The translations under genes and the position numbers were made by a program. The notes below the pieces were generated by a model, which did no database searches, was not told where the DNA came from, and saw only the letters and a list, made by a program, of their open reading frames with translations. A stretch of DNA of 64,000 bases from the human T2T-CHM13v2.0 reference genome, Homo sapiens, in the NCBI RefSeq assembly GCF_009914755.1, contig NC_060933.1; one strand, 5' to 3'. Shown piece after piece: positions 42,911 to 57,567 of the stretch. Positions within the stretch are counted from its first letter, which is position 1. Each line of letters begins with the position of its first letter.

Positions 42911-44064
42911 CTGAACACTTTCTTTACAAAACTGTGCCCAATCCCAGAGGGCTGAATTACATAACTTTGGGAGCTCAAAGCCATTTGTAAGGTAAGGAGT
43001 GCCTGCCATGTGGCATCAACTTGTACATAAACCCACAGGAGGCTTCTGAGAGTCTCAAATGTTCTCAGACACTGAGGCAGGGTAAGACATTTCTCAAGAA
43101 CCACCACCCTGCAAAGGGACTGAGGGCGCCTTCAGCAAGGCTGCCCTTTCTGGGCACCCATGTGTGCTGCCCCCCCCCGCCCCCCGCCCCTGCCCAGGAA
43201 CTTGGCTCACATTGACTTCAGTGTGCCTGGCACTCCCTGGAGTTGTGCGATGAACAACCTGCACAACTGTACTGGCGGCCCACATGGATACTGGCCACGG
43301 GTCTTGCGTCAGAGCAACAGTGAGGAAAACGTTTCAAGTATCTGAGACAAGTTCTAAGCAAACTGACCACAACTTGCATGTTTTGCTGGTGAGAGGATAG
43401 AGCTGGAGCCAGCGGTGATGCTGGGGAAGTTTTCAGGAAGAGGGAAGGTGGATAGAAAGACAGCAGGAGAAATGGGAACGCCGTGTGGCCTATGAGGGAC
43501 ATGCTTGGGGAACTGGGTTGCTGTGACCAAGGTAGAAAGATGCCCTGGGAATTTTTACTGAGGCTCCCCGGCAGGCCCAGGCAGGGTGAGGCTGCGTGGG
43601 TGTTGCTGATTGATGAATAGACCCTGCCATCACTGCATATCTCCGGGGGTGCCTTCCACACGGCATCTGTACAAACAGCACACCTGGGGTGTGTGGCCAC
43701 AGCCAGCAAGTCACTAAGTTGACCCATCGATGCAGCCTTCAAAAATTTGGTGCGAACTTTTCTGGGGAGATGGAGGGGCCTCAGCTTCCATCAGATCATC
43801 GCACAGGGGCTCCTAGCCTAAGAAAGTGTCAGCAGCACTGCCCTGCTGCGCCTGGAATGGGCCTCCTACCATCCCAGGGTGGGTGTCAGCCCGGCCATTC
43901 CCAACCCAGTCAGGCCGAGGCCCACCTAAAGGAAGGCCCTGGGCTGATGGCTCAATACCCAGTGGAAGAATGAGGCAGACGCACCTGCTGAGAGGCTTCA
44001 ATTGCACCTGGAGAGAACTTGCAGTGGGCAACGGGCGTGTCCAGGAGAGACCTTCCCCGCAGGT

Positions 44065-44137
44065 CTAGTCCTTGTGGATCCCGAGCCAGATCAGAAGCCG
44101 GTCTAGAAAGGTGACAGCCTGGGACAGCCAACCATCG
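44065..44137 (-). CDS. CDC14B: CDC14B alternative C-terminal exon (DGWLSQAVTFLDRLLIWLGIHKD*), CDC14B3-type
   Basis: Minus-strand acceptor tctcctcccttttccag|C, phase 2. Encodes 23 aa then TAG. Matches the recalled isoform-3 C-terminus. Confidence 0.85.
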
Positions 44138-44199
44138 CTGGAAAAGGGAGGAGATGGACAGCGCTGTACTTACCACCACCACCACCACCACAGGGCCTG

Positions 44200-45420
44200 T
44201 CTCAGGGCTTGAGTTTGTGTGGACGGCAAGGACTAGCTTCCTGGGCCGCTAACTCTCAACCGCAAGGCAAACTTGGGTTGGGGCCCAGAACGGCCGTCAG
44301 CCGTTACCCTCCAGCCTGGCCAGTGAGTGCTGAGTGGACACTCCGCGGCTACTTAAGGACACGCCAACCGCGGTCCTGCCGGGGCGCTCCGTGCGTCTCC
44401 CTCCGGCTGGGTCCCGGCTGACCCCGCAATCCAGGCGCAGGCAAGGGAGACCCCGCTGGCTCCACCGCCCAGGCCACCCTGAAGTCCCCGCTGGAGGAGG
44501 TGCAGCGGACCCGCTCCCGGGGAGCCCGTCCCGCGCCCTCCCTCCGAGAAGCCCCTTCCTCCAGCTCCTTCCTCTGCCCGCCGGCCCGAGAGCACCGAGG
44601 CGGCTTCTCTGTCCTGTGTACTGCCCAGGACAAGCGGCATTGGAAGCGAGTGAGCCGTTCCCAGCTGGGGGCAGCAACAGCCCGGGGCCAGGGAAACGCA
44701 TGGGGGCCTGGACCGTCCGGTGGCACCGAGTAGGCGGGTGCCAGGACGCCAGACACGCTGCATTCCCCGGAGTCCCACGCCAGGGAGAACGGCCCCGCCT
44801 GAAAAGACGTCGTTTAACACAGAGAAACACACCCAGGGCCAGGAGAAACCATTGTCCTCCCCGAGTCCCACAACGCACAAAGCACACGGTGGCCCTCCCA
44901 CGCGGAGTCGTCTACCCCTTTAGAAACAGACTTGGCCCATTAGAGCCTCCGCGGCCAGGCCGGGGCCTCCTTACCTGGGGATTTAGGTGTGGACCCAGCA
45001 CGCGTCGTCCAGAAGCGTGTCAAAGCCATGCAGACTTGCTGCCAAAGAGTCAGGCGGGGTTAGAGGCGGGGAGGCAGGGGCGGGGAGGCAGAGGCGGGAG
45101 GCCCCCCACTCCCACACAGGCCAGGGACCCCCGAGGCGCTGGGGAGGAATCCGGAAGGCTTTGCTCAGGGGGATCCATTTCTCCCCCAATAAACGGATAG
45201 ACACAGGGAGGCTAGGACGTAAGGGCAGGCTGCGCCAACCGCTTGGAAGACAAAATGCCCAAAATCAATGTGGAAAAGCTAAAGCTAGGACGACATAATA
45301 CAGCAGGACAGTGAGCGTGACCCCCTACCCACGGCGCTGAGGCCAGCGTCCTGCTATTAACTGAGCAGCTCACCAGCGTCACAACAGCTGCTAACGGGAG
45401 AGGAGCGGGCAGCGGCGACT
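44200..45420. promoter_or_regulatory. Intragenic CpG island with GC boxes
   Basis: Dense CpG and high GC outside any Alu. Repeated GGCGGG (Sp/KLF-type) boxes at 45053-45098. Confidence 0.75.
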
Positions 45421-47429
45421 GTGCATTTTTACACTTCTCCTGGACAGCATTAATTTTATTTTTTTTACTAGGCAAAATATATATGGCTCTTAGCGTGTGC
45501 CAGACACTTGTTCTCAGCTATGAAAAATATTAACTTTTCATTTCATCCTCACACAACCCTCTAAGATGGATACTGCCATCCCCATTTCAGAGAAGAAACG
45601 GGTTTAGGGAGCCTAAGTCACTTAGCCCAAATCTAAGCTAAGTGGCAGCACTTAGGTTTGCAAACAGCCTGGGCCCAGAATGCATGTTCTCAACAATTGT
45701 ACCAAGCTGCTTTTTCACACAGTGTACAGCAAAAGCTTTAACGTCTTACAAATTTTTGACCCAGAAACCCCTTTTGTAAGAATTTATCCTAAGGAAATAG
45801 CCAGCACCGCCCAGGAAGAATTTCTGCAGAACACGGATGCAGTGCTCTGACAGTAAGACGTCAACCGGGAGAGTGTGGCAGCTAGTCAGGGCGTGCTACA
45901 GAGGAGCTAAAGCTCGTGTTCTTGGAGAATTCCTCCCTAGATGCTCCTTTCCAATGCACCCATAGCTGCACTTAGACACACAGAGGAGGGGGAGACGGCA
46001 AAGTTGATGTCACAGTCCCCCAGCTAAGGCACAGCCACGTACTTCTGTTAAACCAAACGCTAGGTGCTCACTAGTCCAATTGTACCACTGAACTAAGTGA
46101 GGCTCGGCCAGCAGATCAAGGGTCCCCAAGGCCACAGAAGTGGCGGAGCTGGGGCAGATACGCCCAGTGGGACTTGCACTTTCCACGGCAACTTGTATTT
46201 CAGTCCACTGAGGGGCCGCGGGAAGGGTCCCTTGCAGCTCCTCTCCCATGGCCCAAGCTTGCCTCTGAACAACCACTCTCGAGACTTAGCTTCAGCGTGT
46301 GGGTCCCCACTTCAAGGCAAAATAGTTTACGTGACCTCTTTTTAAATGTTTACACCATTACCTGTGCATAAAATTATGCTGCAGGTACCAAAAATATCAG
46401 AAACTGAGGGACTGTAATCTGCTATCAGTCATTCTTTCCCCAATTATCTAGAGAAAATGACCTAAAATATATGACAAAGTAGCGAATTGAAAGATATGCC
46501 CCGATACTGTTTTAAGCACTTTCCACGTGTTATTTTAACTCTCATACCAACTGCTAAGGTAGGGATTCTTTTCATTTCCATTTCACTTAAGCAATGGAAG
46601 CAGAGGGGATGAGCAAATCCCGCACAAGGTGGATGGGCCCTGGGCCGAGTGGCTCTAGATGACAGGGAAGGAGACAAGTCTCTAAGGACCAGGGGTCCCT
46701 GCAGCCTGCTGCCTCCCAGCCACAGGCCTAGAAGGCCCAGCCCCCCAGGAGGAACAGACATGCCTCGTGGTTTCATCTCAAACAATGCCTCCAAGCCGGC
46801 CCCTTTGCAGCACTCAGGGACTTCACGGAGCTGCGTGGTGGCGCCAGCTGCCTGAGCTCTAGTGGGTCAGGGGAGAGCTCTAGTGGCCTCAGGGGAAGCC
46901 ATGGAGGGGCAGGGAGAGGCCACAGCTCCCACAGAGCCAGGGTCTGCAAATGAACACTCTGGGGGGTCATGTGTGGTGTGGAGTCGGGAGAGGGGCGAGA
47001 AGGCAGGTCTCTGGTTTTTACTTTGGACACTTGTAACCCAGTGTGAATCCAAGCACAGCTCCTTGGGGGAACTGGGTAGAACTCGACAGAACACAGGGTC
47101 TTGAGTCTCAGCAGTAAGCTGTGTGTGAGGTGTGGACACTGAGCCCTTGGGGTCCTGCCCGGCACCAGAGGCAAGGCAGGTAGAAAGCAGGGGTCTGGCG
47201 TCCGGGGTTGGACCACAAGCTGGGGAGGGTGCTGGGGCCGGTGCCGCCCGACCTTGGCAGGCAAAATGCCCTGCAGGATCCCAAGAGCCTGACTGACTTA
47301 AGTCTTATCTTTAGAGGTCTGCAGAAAGTCAAAACTTTGTGTTGTGTGAGCTGGTGCTGGGGTGTGAGGAATGGCCTGGCAGCAGGAGCCCCCTGTCACT
47401 CACCACCTTACCCTACAGAAGGGGGCTGG

Positions 47430-47800
47430 ACTAACTTCCAGATTCAAACACTAAAGCCCTAACCCCAGCCCCTTCAGATGTGGCTCTATGTGGACATGGG
47501 GACTTTAACGACGTGGTGAAGTTAAAATGAGGCCATCGGGGTAAGCCCCAATCCAATCTGACTGGTGTCCTCTTGAGAGGGGAGTAGAGGGGAAGAGAGG
47601 CACCAGGGCCACGCAGGCACCAAAGAGAGGCCCTGCGAGGAGGCAGCGCCTCCAAGCCCAGGAGAGAGGCCTTGGGAGAAACCAAGCCCGCCCACAGCTT
47701 GGTCGTGGACTTGCAGCCTCCAGAACTGTGAGGAAATGAACTTCTGTGTCAGCCACCCAGTCTGGGGTATTCCATTATGGCCGTCCTAGAAAACTTACAC
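47430..47800 (+). mobile_element. MLT1-family (MaLR) solo LTR
   Basis: gttaaaatgaggcc...ccaatccaatctgactggtgtcctc...cagcctccagaactgtgagg..ttctg..agccacccagtctg...aaacttacaca is typical of MLT1. Confidence 0.8.
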
Positions 47801-47889
47801 AGATTCCGGGTTACCTCTGCTTTATGATCTAACCCACTGCCTACCAGAATTCAAAATGCTTGGTAAGTAACACAATAAACAAAAAGGCT

Positions 47890-50800
47890 GTTGGGTTAAT
47901 ACTTTTAATTACATGATTGTAATTATACAATTTCCACTATTCGATATTTTGTATAAAACCAGTTACAACCCACAAGATTTTCAAATGTGACAATATGTAT
48001 CAAACTACATACATATGCAAAGTTTACACGCCATTAGGAAGCTTTATCTTAAAAATACCTTCAGGAAAATAAACATTCATTCAACCAGTTCTCTTGGCTT
48101 TAAAAAATATGATTAGAAATATACGCTGTAAAAAAAAATCAAGACAATGATTGATCAATACTGATCAGTTACATTTTAAAACTTTTAATAATCTGTACAT
48201 GAGTGCAGGTTAGATAAAAGTCTGCAAATTATTAATAGAAAACTGCAGTACTATCATCGGATGAACATGTCTGCTGACAATTCTACCAGGTAATTAAGGA
48301 GGTAATTTCCTACACAGTATAGGTGAATTGTCCAGTCTTTAAACACATCTGGAGTCATCTCCACTGAGTGACATGGAGAATAACCTGATGTGGGTAAATG
48401 GAAGAGCAGCAGATAGCCTCTCCAGGGCAGTTTCAGCGGGAGAGAACATTTAAAGGAACAATAAAATAGGTTTTAAAAGTTGCTTTTGATGAGCACTGCT
48501 TTCCAAAATGCAATAATGATTTTTTTTAATGTAGAAAGAGAAGCTGTGTTAAGAACAGACATCCAATGAGTGCACTGCTTCTGTGGCTCCAAAGGTGACT
48601 GGGAAAAGAGAAGGCCCCAGGAGAGCCCTCAGGCCACACACAAGCCCAGGCCATCCCGCCCAGCCCAGCGAGCACACTGGCCTCATAACAATGCTTGGGA
48701 ACTCCTCTAAAACTTGCCTAGGCCCAAGAAAACAGAGAGGTAGCAATCACCCCTGTGAGAGGGCTAGAGAGGAGGGGAGGAAGTAGGTAGGGGACAGGCT
48801 AGGGGCATCAAGCTCAGAACAGGGGAATTCTGGAGGCCGCAGAGCTGCGTGCTGCCGGGAAGCACTGGCCACGCCAGGCCATTCTGCTCTCACGAGGCGC
48901 TGCTCCTCACCAAATTCTACAAAAAGCTAAGTCCGTCTATACTTCTAGGAACCCAGTTTTGCAGACGCTCTTCCTCCGGACTGTCCCTGACTTTTGATAA
49001 TTTTGAGTCCCCAGAAAGCTTCAAGAGCACCTAAAAATATTCACTTCCAATTTTAATTCCATCGCAAACCGTCCCAGTGTACTTTCAGGGCTATTTAAGG
49101 CTCTTAGGTTAAGGGGATCTCTCCATCTGACACACAGTTTCATGTTCCATAGCAACAAGGTCTTCTATAACAACGACTCTAAGTCAGAATTCCAGAAGAT
49201 TCTGGTTGTTTGTGGTTTCAGTTGGGGGTGAGGGGAAGAGTCCACTCTCATTCATAGCAGGAAGAACTTTCCATCCCTCAGACCCAGAGACTTCCTGGAT
49301 GCTAGAGACAGTCCTCATAAGTGTAACACTGCCCTTGCTATGCACACCATCCCAAGTCATTTGGTTATTACAAGGAATGCCTCTTCACCAAATCACAAGT
49401 TTTCTATGACTAATTTCAGTGAACCAGTTAAATAGAAAGATTTTTAGAAAGAGCCACAGTGATAGCAATTCTAGGTGGAAACTTGAGCAGGCAACATGAA
49501 GAGGCAGTTTATAAAATGAAAAAGGGCTGTGGTTCCAGTGACACCCTTTCTTTTCTTGGACGAAACACCAGGAGGCTCATTCACCGTGAGGGAGACAGTA
49601 CTCACAAGAGCTGTGGCGCCTACGTTTACTTGTTCTGATGGGATGAAAAGCCAAACTAAGAAGGGATCAGATAGAAGCACGATTTTCACAACTACCTGGA
49701 TTATTATTAATGGAGGGGATGGCCTTAAAAGGGGTAAGGGGAAGAAGAGGTGCCCTGAGAATTCAATGCTTTATGCATGGCACAGTTTGAATATTTATAT
49801 TGTCTCAGCTCAAAATAGCAAAAGGAATGTTCCTCCTCCCACCCAAATCTTATTGAAGAGTAGTCTGCCCACAGCCAAGTGGGTCTTTGTGCCTATTCAT
49901 TTCCAGGGACAGAAAACCACTGTTTTTCTGTGATCCAGTCCCCAGTGTTTAAAAGCTGGCCTGACCCCACCCGACAGTGCCTGGCGGGGAAAGAGTTGCT
50001 TGTTTGGCTGAGAACACGGCATCTTCCGTCTCTCATGATGCCGGTCAATTTTATACTTTCTTCCAAGAAAGTACACCAAAATGGAGGCACTGCCTTTCAA
50101 TTACTTTTTGCATTAAAGACTTTTAACTTGTTTATTCCAACCGCTTTTATTTCTTCCAGTTTTGTGAAAAAGGCAGCTTCTTAAAATGGAGTTGCCTACT
50201 AATCTGGCGCACGCCTTGTGGCTTAGGAGGGCATTTGTTTCCCACTGCCTGTCGACATCTCAGCCCTCCATGCTCCCGGCACAGGCAAAAATGGCTTAAC
50301 AATCATTAAACCACCCACTTCTTATGGAAGGAACTGAGGTGAGTACTATATATTCTTTTATTTCGGGCCCCATTTTTTTTTTTTTTTTTAGCAGCACATC
50401 AATTCTGTTTCTGTAACTGCTTCATGGCACAGACTCTGCTGTGTTCCAGTAGGGCTGCGGGAGAAGGCACTCTGCAGAGTTACTAGTTGTGTTCCCTAAC
50501 CAAAGGCAACAGTGAGATCCAGAAGCAGATCATTGTCACTGAGATCGCAGGCCACGTCAATGGCCTTAGGTGGATCTCATAAGGGAAAAAAAAAATCCAA
50601 TGTTACAGGGAAGGACTCTAAAAAAGTGGTAACTTTTTTTTTTTGTAAGCCGACATTATTTGGGATTGCTGTTTCCAAGGGGAAAAACCAATAGTGTGTT
50701 TCTTCCATTCATGGAAGGAAATATGATTTTAATTTGTATGACTGGCAACCAAACAATGGGCAGCCTCCCAGTTCTTCAGTCCCTGAAGGACAGAAAAAGG

Positions 50801-51530
50801 AACGACTTGCAACATCTTCCAACTCTGAAGTCAGTTTCTCCTCCTGAGTCTTCTAAAGCTACCATTAATATTCTCTTGCAAGTTTTAGGTTACTAAGGTA
50901 CCACCTGGTCTTACAACATGCAACAGTGTTTAAATGTGATTTTCACAGATTCTTGTTAATAAAGCACTCTTTGGTGGAAGACAAGCAGCTTGGGTACTTA
51001 ACAGAGTTAACATTACAACAGTATTACAAATAGTCAAGTGAAGATGATTAAGCCAAATAGTATCAAATTACAGAAAGTACCATTTCAGTAATGCCTTTTG
51101 TATCTTTATAAATTTTGACACAGGGTCACAAGGTGAACAGAAAATAAATACATAAAAAACCTCCATCAGATCCTCAATTCTTCTGAAGGCCAGCAACTAC
51201 AATGATTGCCATCACAGGGACACACATGCACCACAGACCAGCCAGCTCCCTGGGTACCAGAGGGCTTGGGTATTTACACCTGAGACTAAATTTACAACAG
51301 CATGTTTGTCATTCAGCTTGAGAGCTGGACCCTTCTCTGAGTCATTTGCTTGCACCCAAACTCAAAGTTCATTATTCAAACTCCAGTGGACATTTTCTCC
51401 ATTGATCAACTTCTTAGGTGGAAAAAGCAACTAAGGCTTTTGCAATTTTGTTTTGTTTTCAAATTGTGCTAATTTCTGTTGCAGTTTTCAGTCCTAGAGT
51501 CTTCCTTCAGCTCTGGTCACAGGTTTTTAC
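47890..51530 (-). other. CDC14B: CDC14B major 3'UTR (~3.6 kb)
   Basis: Alu-free block after the stop. Minus-strand ATTAAA at 47904-47909 is followed by a U/GU-rich element (cctttttgtttattgtg). Internal AATAAA signals lie at 50131, 50146 and 50357. Confidence 0.78.
47904..47909 (-). terminator. CDC14B poly(A) signal ATTAAA (major 3'UTR)
   Basis: tttaat on +, with a GU/U-rich downstream element on the - strand. Sits at the edge of the AT-rich UTR block, just before an LTR. Confidence 0.65.
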
Positions 51531-51567
51531 TTAACGCAAGACTGTTTTAGTCCTTGAAATGGAGAGA
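51531..51567 (-). CDS. CDC14B: CDC14B major last exon, coding part (LSISRTKTVLR*)
   Basis: Minus-strand acceptor ttttttttccccctgtag|T and TAA stop. Recognised CDC14B C-terminus. Confidence 0.93.
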
Positions 51568-52670
51568 CTACAGGGGGAAAAAAAAGGATTTTTACCAGAA
51601 AGTTTACACAGCGTCCACAGGCAGTTATCAAAGACAAGGAGGGCAACATAATAAAAATACTGACATGCTAAAAAGTATACGCTTGCTGTAAGTTTCTAAT
51701 GACAAATACTTTGGAGAAGACAACACAATATCAACCACAAAGGAAAGACAAACAGGAGAAAGGCAGGGCAGAAAAAGGCTCAGTTCTGCAAAAAATAGAA
51801 ATTTAAAAAAACCAATACGAGTAAATAAAAATCATAAAAGACGGACGGGCAGGGGCAGCAGGGCCAGGAAAGTACCATGACGCCGCCAGGGGCACGTGCT
51901 GCAAAGCACTCCTTGTCCTTCCTTTCCTCTGAGGGACCAGGCTGTGGGAGGAGCGGGCAGAATGAAAAGATAGAGAACTGTTACTGGGTTATTTCAAAAG
52001 CCAGAATTTGGTCACAGAAAAAGCTCTGGCACCTAAGCGGCTTCCAGCTCCACCGAGCACAGGAGGCACCCCACGGGCTACCTGCCTCCGCACTCCACGA
52101 TTCTCATCCTGCCTCTCTTCTCTCCTTCCCCAGTTCACGACGCTACACTTTCAGGTCAGTAACAACTTTCAGAAAGCAAACAAAACCAAAATAAGAGTCA
52201 GAAAAACCACTTCCAATCTGGAGGGCTCCTCGCCCGATGCTGCTGCTGCTGCGCTCTTCAAGGAGAAGCGTTTGAATCGATCATTTCGTTTTCAGAGATC
52301 CCAACAGAGCACTGAGTCAAAGATCCAGACCAGCTAGTGAGACAAGTGGGAAAATATCTGGAATTTCAAAGGATCATTAATATTTTAAAACACTGGAGAG
52401 AAACAGTATTTTACAAAGAAACATTTGGAGACAACCTTCTGGGACTCCTCTCCTGATGGACTTTGGAGATAATGGCAGTAGCCAAAAATTAACACCCAGA
52501 GGCAACGGAACAGGTGCCCAGATCTGAGACTCTGAGGGTCAAGAGGCAGTGGCAGGTGTGACACCAGCAAAGCCACCCGAGAACACTGAAGAAGTTAGAG
52601 GTCCTAGATGCAGCTGCTCCCAACTGAAGGGCTCCTGAAAACACTCGTGGTTTTAGAAGCTAAGGAAAGA

Positions 52671-52978
52671 GGCCGGGCGCCGTGGCTCACACCTGTAATC
52701 CCAGCACTTTGAGAGGCCGAGGCAGGCAGATCACCTAAGGTTAGGAGTCAAGACCAGCCTGGCCAACATGGTGAAACCTCATCTCTACTAAAAATACAGA
52801 AGAAAATTTTTAGCCAGGCGTGGTGATGCACGCCTGTATTCCCAGCTATGCAGGAGGCTGAGGCAGGAGAATCACTTCAACCTGGGAGGTGGAGGTTGTA
52901 GTGAGCCAAGATCGCACCACAGCACTCCAGCCTGGGTAACAGAGTGAGACTCTGTCTCATTTAAAAAAAAAAAAAAAA
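52671..52978 (+). mobile_element. Alu
   Basis: Alu consensus with TSD gctaaggaaaga. Confidence 0.92.
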
Positions 52979-54789
52979 GATGCTAAGGAAAGAACCTGAG
53001 CATTTCTCTCCCCAGCCCCCACAATATGAAGAATTAGGTACAAAGCACTCCAGAGCCCCGGACCTTAGGTTTGGTTTGGCAGCTGCAGCAGAAAGTGATG
53101 GTTCCTAGTGATACAACTCAGAATTAAAGTAACTTGTACATGCCAGTTTCTTAGAAAATGAATGAAGTTATCATTTTAAAAAAAGAAGAGCCTGCCCAAA
53201 AGAAACAGCATAAGCTAACAAACACGCACCAGCGGAAGGGCTGCGTGAAGACATGAGTGAATGCGAGCAAATGAGGTGGCTGCAGGCTCTCACTCGGGGC
53301 ATGATGAAATTTCCAAGACTGTTCTAAGAGAGCTCTTCAGAGAGGTCATGTGAGAACACTGAAAACAGGCCGATTCAACGGAGCCAATTATTCACTGGAT
53401 TTATTAATTCTTAAAAGAGAAAGGTTAGCATGGATTTATAGCTCTAACAGGAAGTGGGAGGTAGAGAAGCCCACTCACCTCCCTCTCCAGACTCAGGGAA
53501 GGGAATGAGAAGGTGCCACACAGAGCCCTGGCAGGACCGAGGGCCACACAGGCTGCCTGGCCGCCGTCCCAGACCTGTGGCCACATGAGATTTAGGTTTC
53601 GATGTGGCACAGCTTCAAATGGATACACGAGGGGATAGTCATCTTCTGTGAGAAACAGTGGCACCTTTTCCCAAAGACAAATAGTTAAGACATCACTCCT
53701 ATTTTTTCAGCTGCCCCAAGTAATTGCTCTTTTGACGTTTTTGAAAAAGTTCCCCAAAGCTGAAGAGCCTCTCAGTAAAACCAAAAATCAAAAGCACCAA
53801 TTAAGCGCAAAGCGAGTTTGGGTGGAGTCTTCATCCTGGATGCCAAGGAACATGAAAATGGAAGGTCAAGTTCCCATGTGCCGCAGAGATGATGACAAAC
53901 CAGTAGGAACTGGTAAACCTGCTACGTTGCAGGTAGGGATGAAAGGACCCCAAAAGGGTGCTCTATTTTTTTTTCTACTGCTGTTTAAAGATTTCAACTC
54001 AATACTTTAAATTTACTCAACAATCTTAGCTCATACTATTTTGTCCAGAATCAGACCGTGCACCAATATACTAATTCCCTCTTGCCCTCCAAACAGAAAT
54101 GAATACTATTTAGTATGATATTATGAATAATATTCAGTAGGATAAAAGCTCCAGGCTACAGCTTGGCTAACTCCAATTCTTAAAACCTATACATAATTTG
54201 CCTTTCTTTTGTAAGCTGTAGGTGGATAACAGGTAGGGTGATGTGAACACAGGACAAAGTCCCAAAAGAGGCACAAAGAAAGAACCCACTTAGAGGAAGG
54301 TGGGGAAATAAACTGTGAGTCCCAGTTAATCCTCACTGTTAGACTCCTTTTGCTCTCCACATCATCTCTGAAAGTCCATTTTGGAATTTAAAAGAAGTCT
54401 TTTTGGTTTTCAGAACTATCCCAAATTCCTGGAAGCTGCTTTGGGTCATTTCAACATTCAGTCCAGATTACTGACTCTGAAATCTACCTTAGGACCCTCA
54501 AAGCATCCCTGCCAGGGACCTGAGGCAGATGCTTGCTGCAACCAGGAACCACTTCTCCAGAGAGGCAGGAGTTCAGGTTACTAGAGTGACATGAAAACGC
54601 AACGAGACCTAGATAGAAAAACAGAGGCAAGGCCAGCCCTTCCTTCCTCACAGGAAGACGATATGACCTGGCAAGTGCCAGCCAGGCTCCCGGACTCTAC
54701 TCTTCTGTAACCTAAAAAGCATAATCTAAAAAAGCAAACAGCAGAATTAAATGTGCAAGACACACTACGCTGTTAACAAAAGCCTGAGC

Positions 54790-56144
<1,355 letters not shown>

Positions 56145-57450
56145 TAAACTAAATGTATGACTCCCAATTCATTTGGCATAATGTAACAATCTTGAGCCCA
56201 TTTCCTGTTTCTCACTGTTATAAATAACACTCCGCTATTGTTCCAATGTACCGAAATCTTTGACCTTTGGTCAGTATTTCTCTAATATTCTTCTCAAGAA
56301 GAATCAAACAGTAAAGAAATAGGAATATTTGGTACATTTCTAATGAAAAATTTTAAATCCTGGAATCATGAGTCAGTGCCTGACAGTCCTCCAATCCTTA
56401 TGCCGGGGCACTGCTGCATCCCCATGCGAGTGTTAAGTGTGCAGTAAGGTTGTACAAAACAGTGTAGAGGAGACATGGCAGAGCTGAATGAGTCTTCAAA
56501 AGGCAAAGCACACAGAACTCCCAGCTCTGCCAAGGTCTCTTGGGAGACTGGCTGCTTTGCACTGGGGACTAATTTCACACTGATAAGGCCCCTAGGCCCA
56601 AAGCCTCGGATATACATGGCAGGGAAGCTGAAAAGAAGCAGGGTACACGTGCAGGACATTTTAAAGTCTGGTTCTGATTATCTTCAGGTCGCTCATGTCT
56701 ATTAGAAGAGATCGTTTTTACCAGGAGGACAGAAACAGGACTGCATGGGCTGCCAACACCAGGCAACGATGAAAAGGTGCCCCCTTCTACTCCTGAGCCA
56801 TCTATCCCCACTTCCACTCCTGGGCTATTTATTCTCTCTTCAGATGGGATCTGTTTTCAGAATACTTTAAAAATGACATGTCCACTTCATGAGAAATATC
56901 CAAAGACAACAGAGTCACCGACGTGGCCACAGAACACATTGGTTTCCTTGTGAAATTCTGCCTACACTCACTGAAGACAGTGACGACAGTGAAAGAACTA
57001 GTGCCTCGGGTGTGGGCTGTGGCCAAGAGGACAAAGAGTCACTAGGTAGAGAAGGATCTTCAAACTCTCTGGTTATCTCATTTCTACCATCACATTCATT
57101 TGCAGCTAATCGTCCAGCAATGATGCTGTATCTGATATACACCTAGAAAAATGTCCTCCAAGTCCTGACAGCCAGCTTTGGAAATTCTTAACTTAAAACT
57201 TTCCCATATCATGACCCAGAGACCATACTTCCAGTGTTGAGAATTACTTCTAAAAAACAAAACAAAAGCCTACATTAAAATGGTCCAGATTTTCTTAGAT
57301 AATGAACAAGGAATACACATTTGATGAATTTCCCATCACAGAGACTCTACTTTCTCCTAATTTCATGTCAGTCTCCAGAGGTAGGGTCCAAATATTAAAC
57401 TGGAAAACAAACGCTTGCAACTTTTCAGAAGAGTAGGATTCTTTTCTCAC

Positions 57451-57567
57451 CTTTTAACACTGCTTTTCCTTGAAGCAGATCTGGTGGTTCTTTTAGTAAT
57501 GCCTGCACTGCCAGAAATGTTAGGTTCAGATGTTTTACAGCTCTGAACACTGGATTGAAGAATTACT
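57451..57567 (-). CDS. CDC14B: CDC14B 117-nt cassette exon ([39 protein letters not shown])
   Basis: Minus-strand acceptor ctattttcag|A and donor AG|gtgaga. Symmetric phase 2-2, 39 codons. Matches the recalled insert of the longer CDC14B isoform. Confidence 0.93.

Noticed and set aside
44334-45200. 288-aa ORF and overlapping 135-196 aa ORFs on both strands
   Set aside because: They lie in the CpG island, where stop codons are scarce. The composition is low-complexity R/P/G with a non-ATG start and no recognisable domain.
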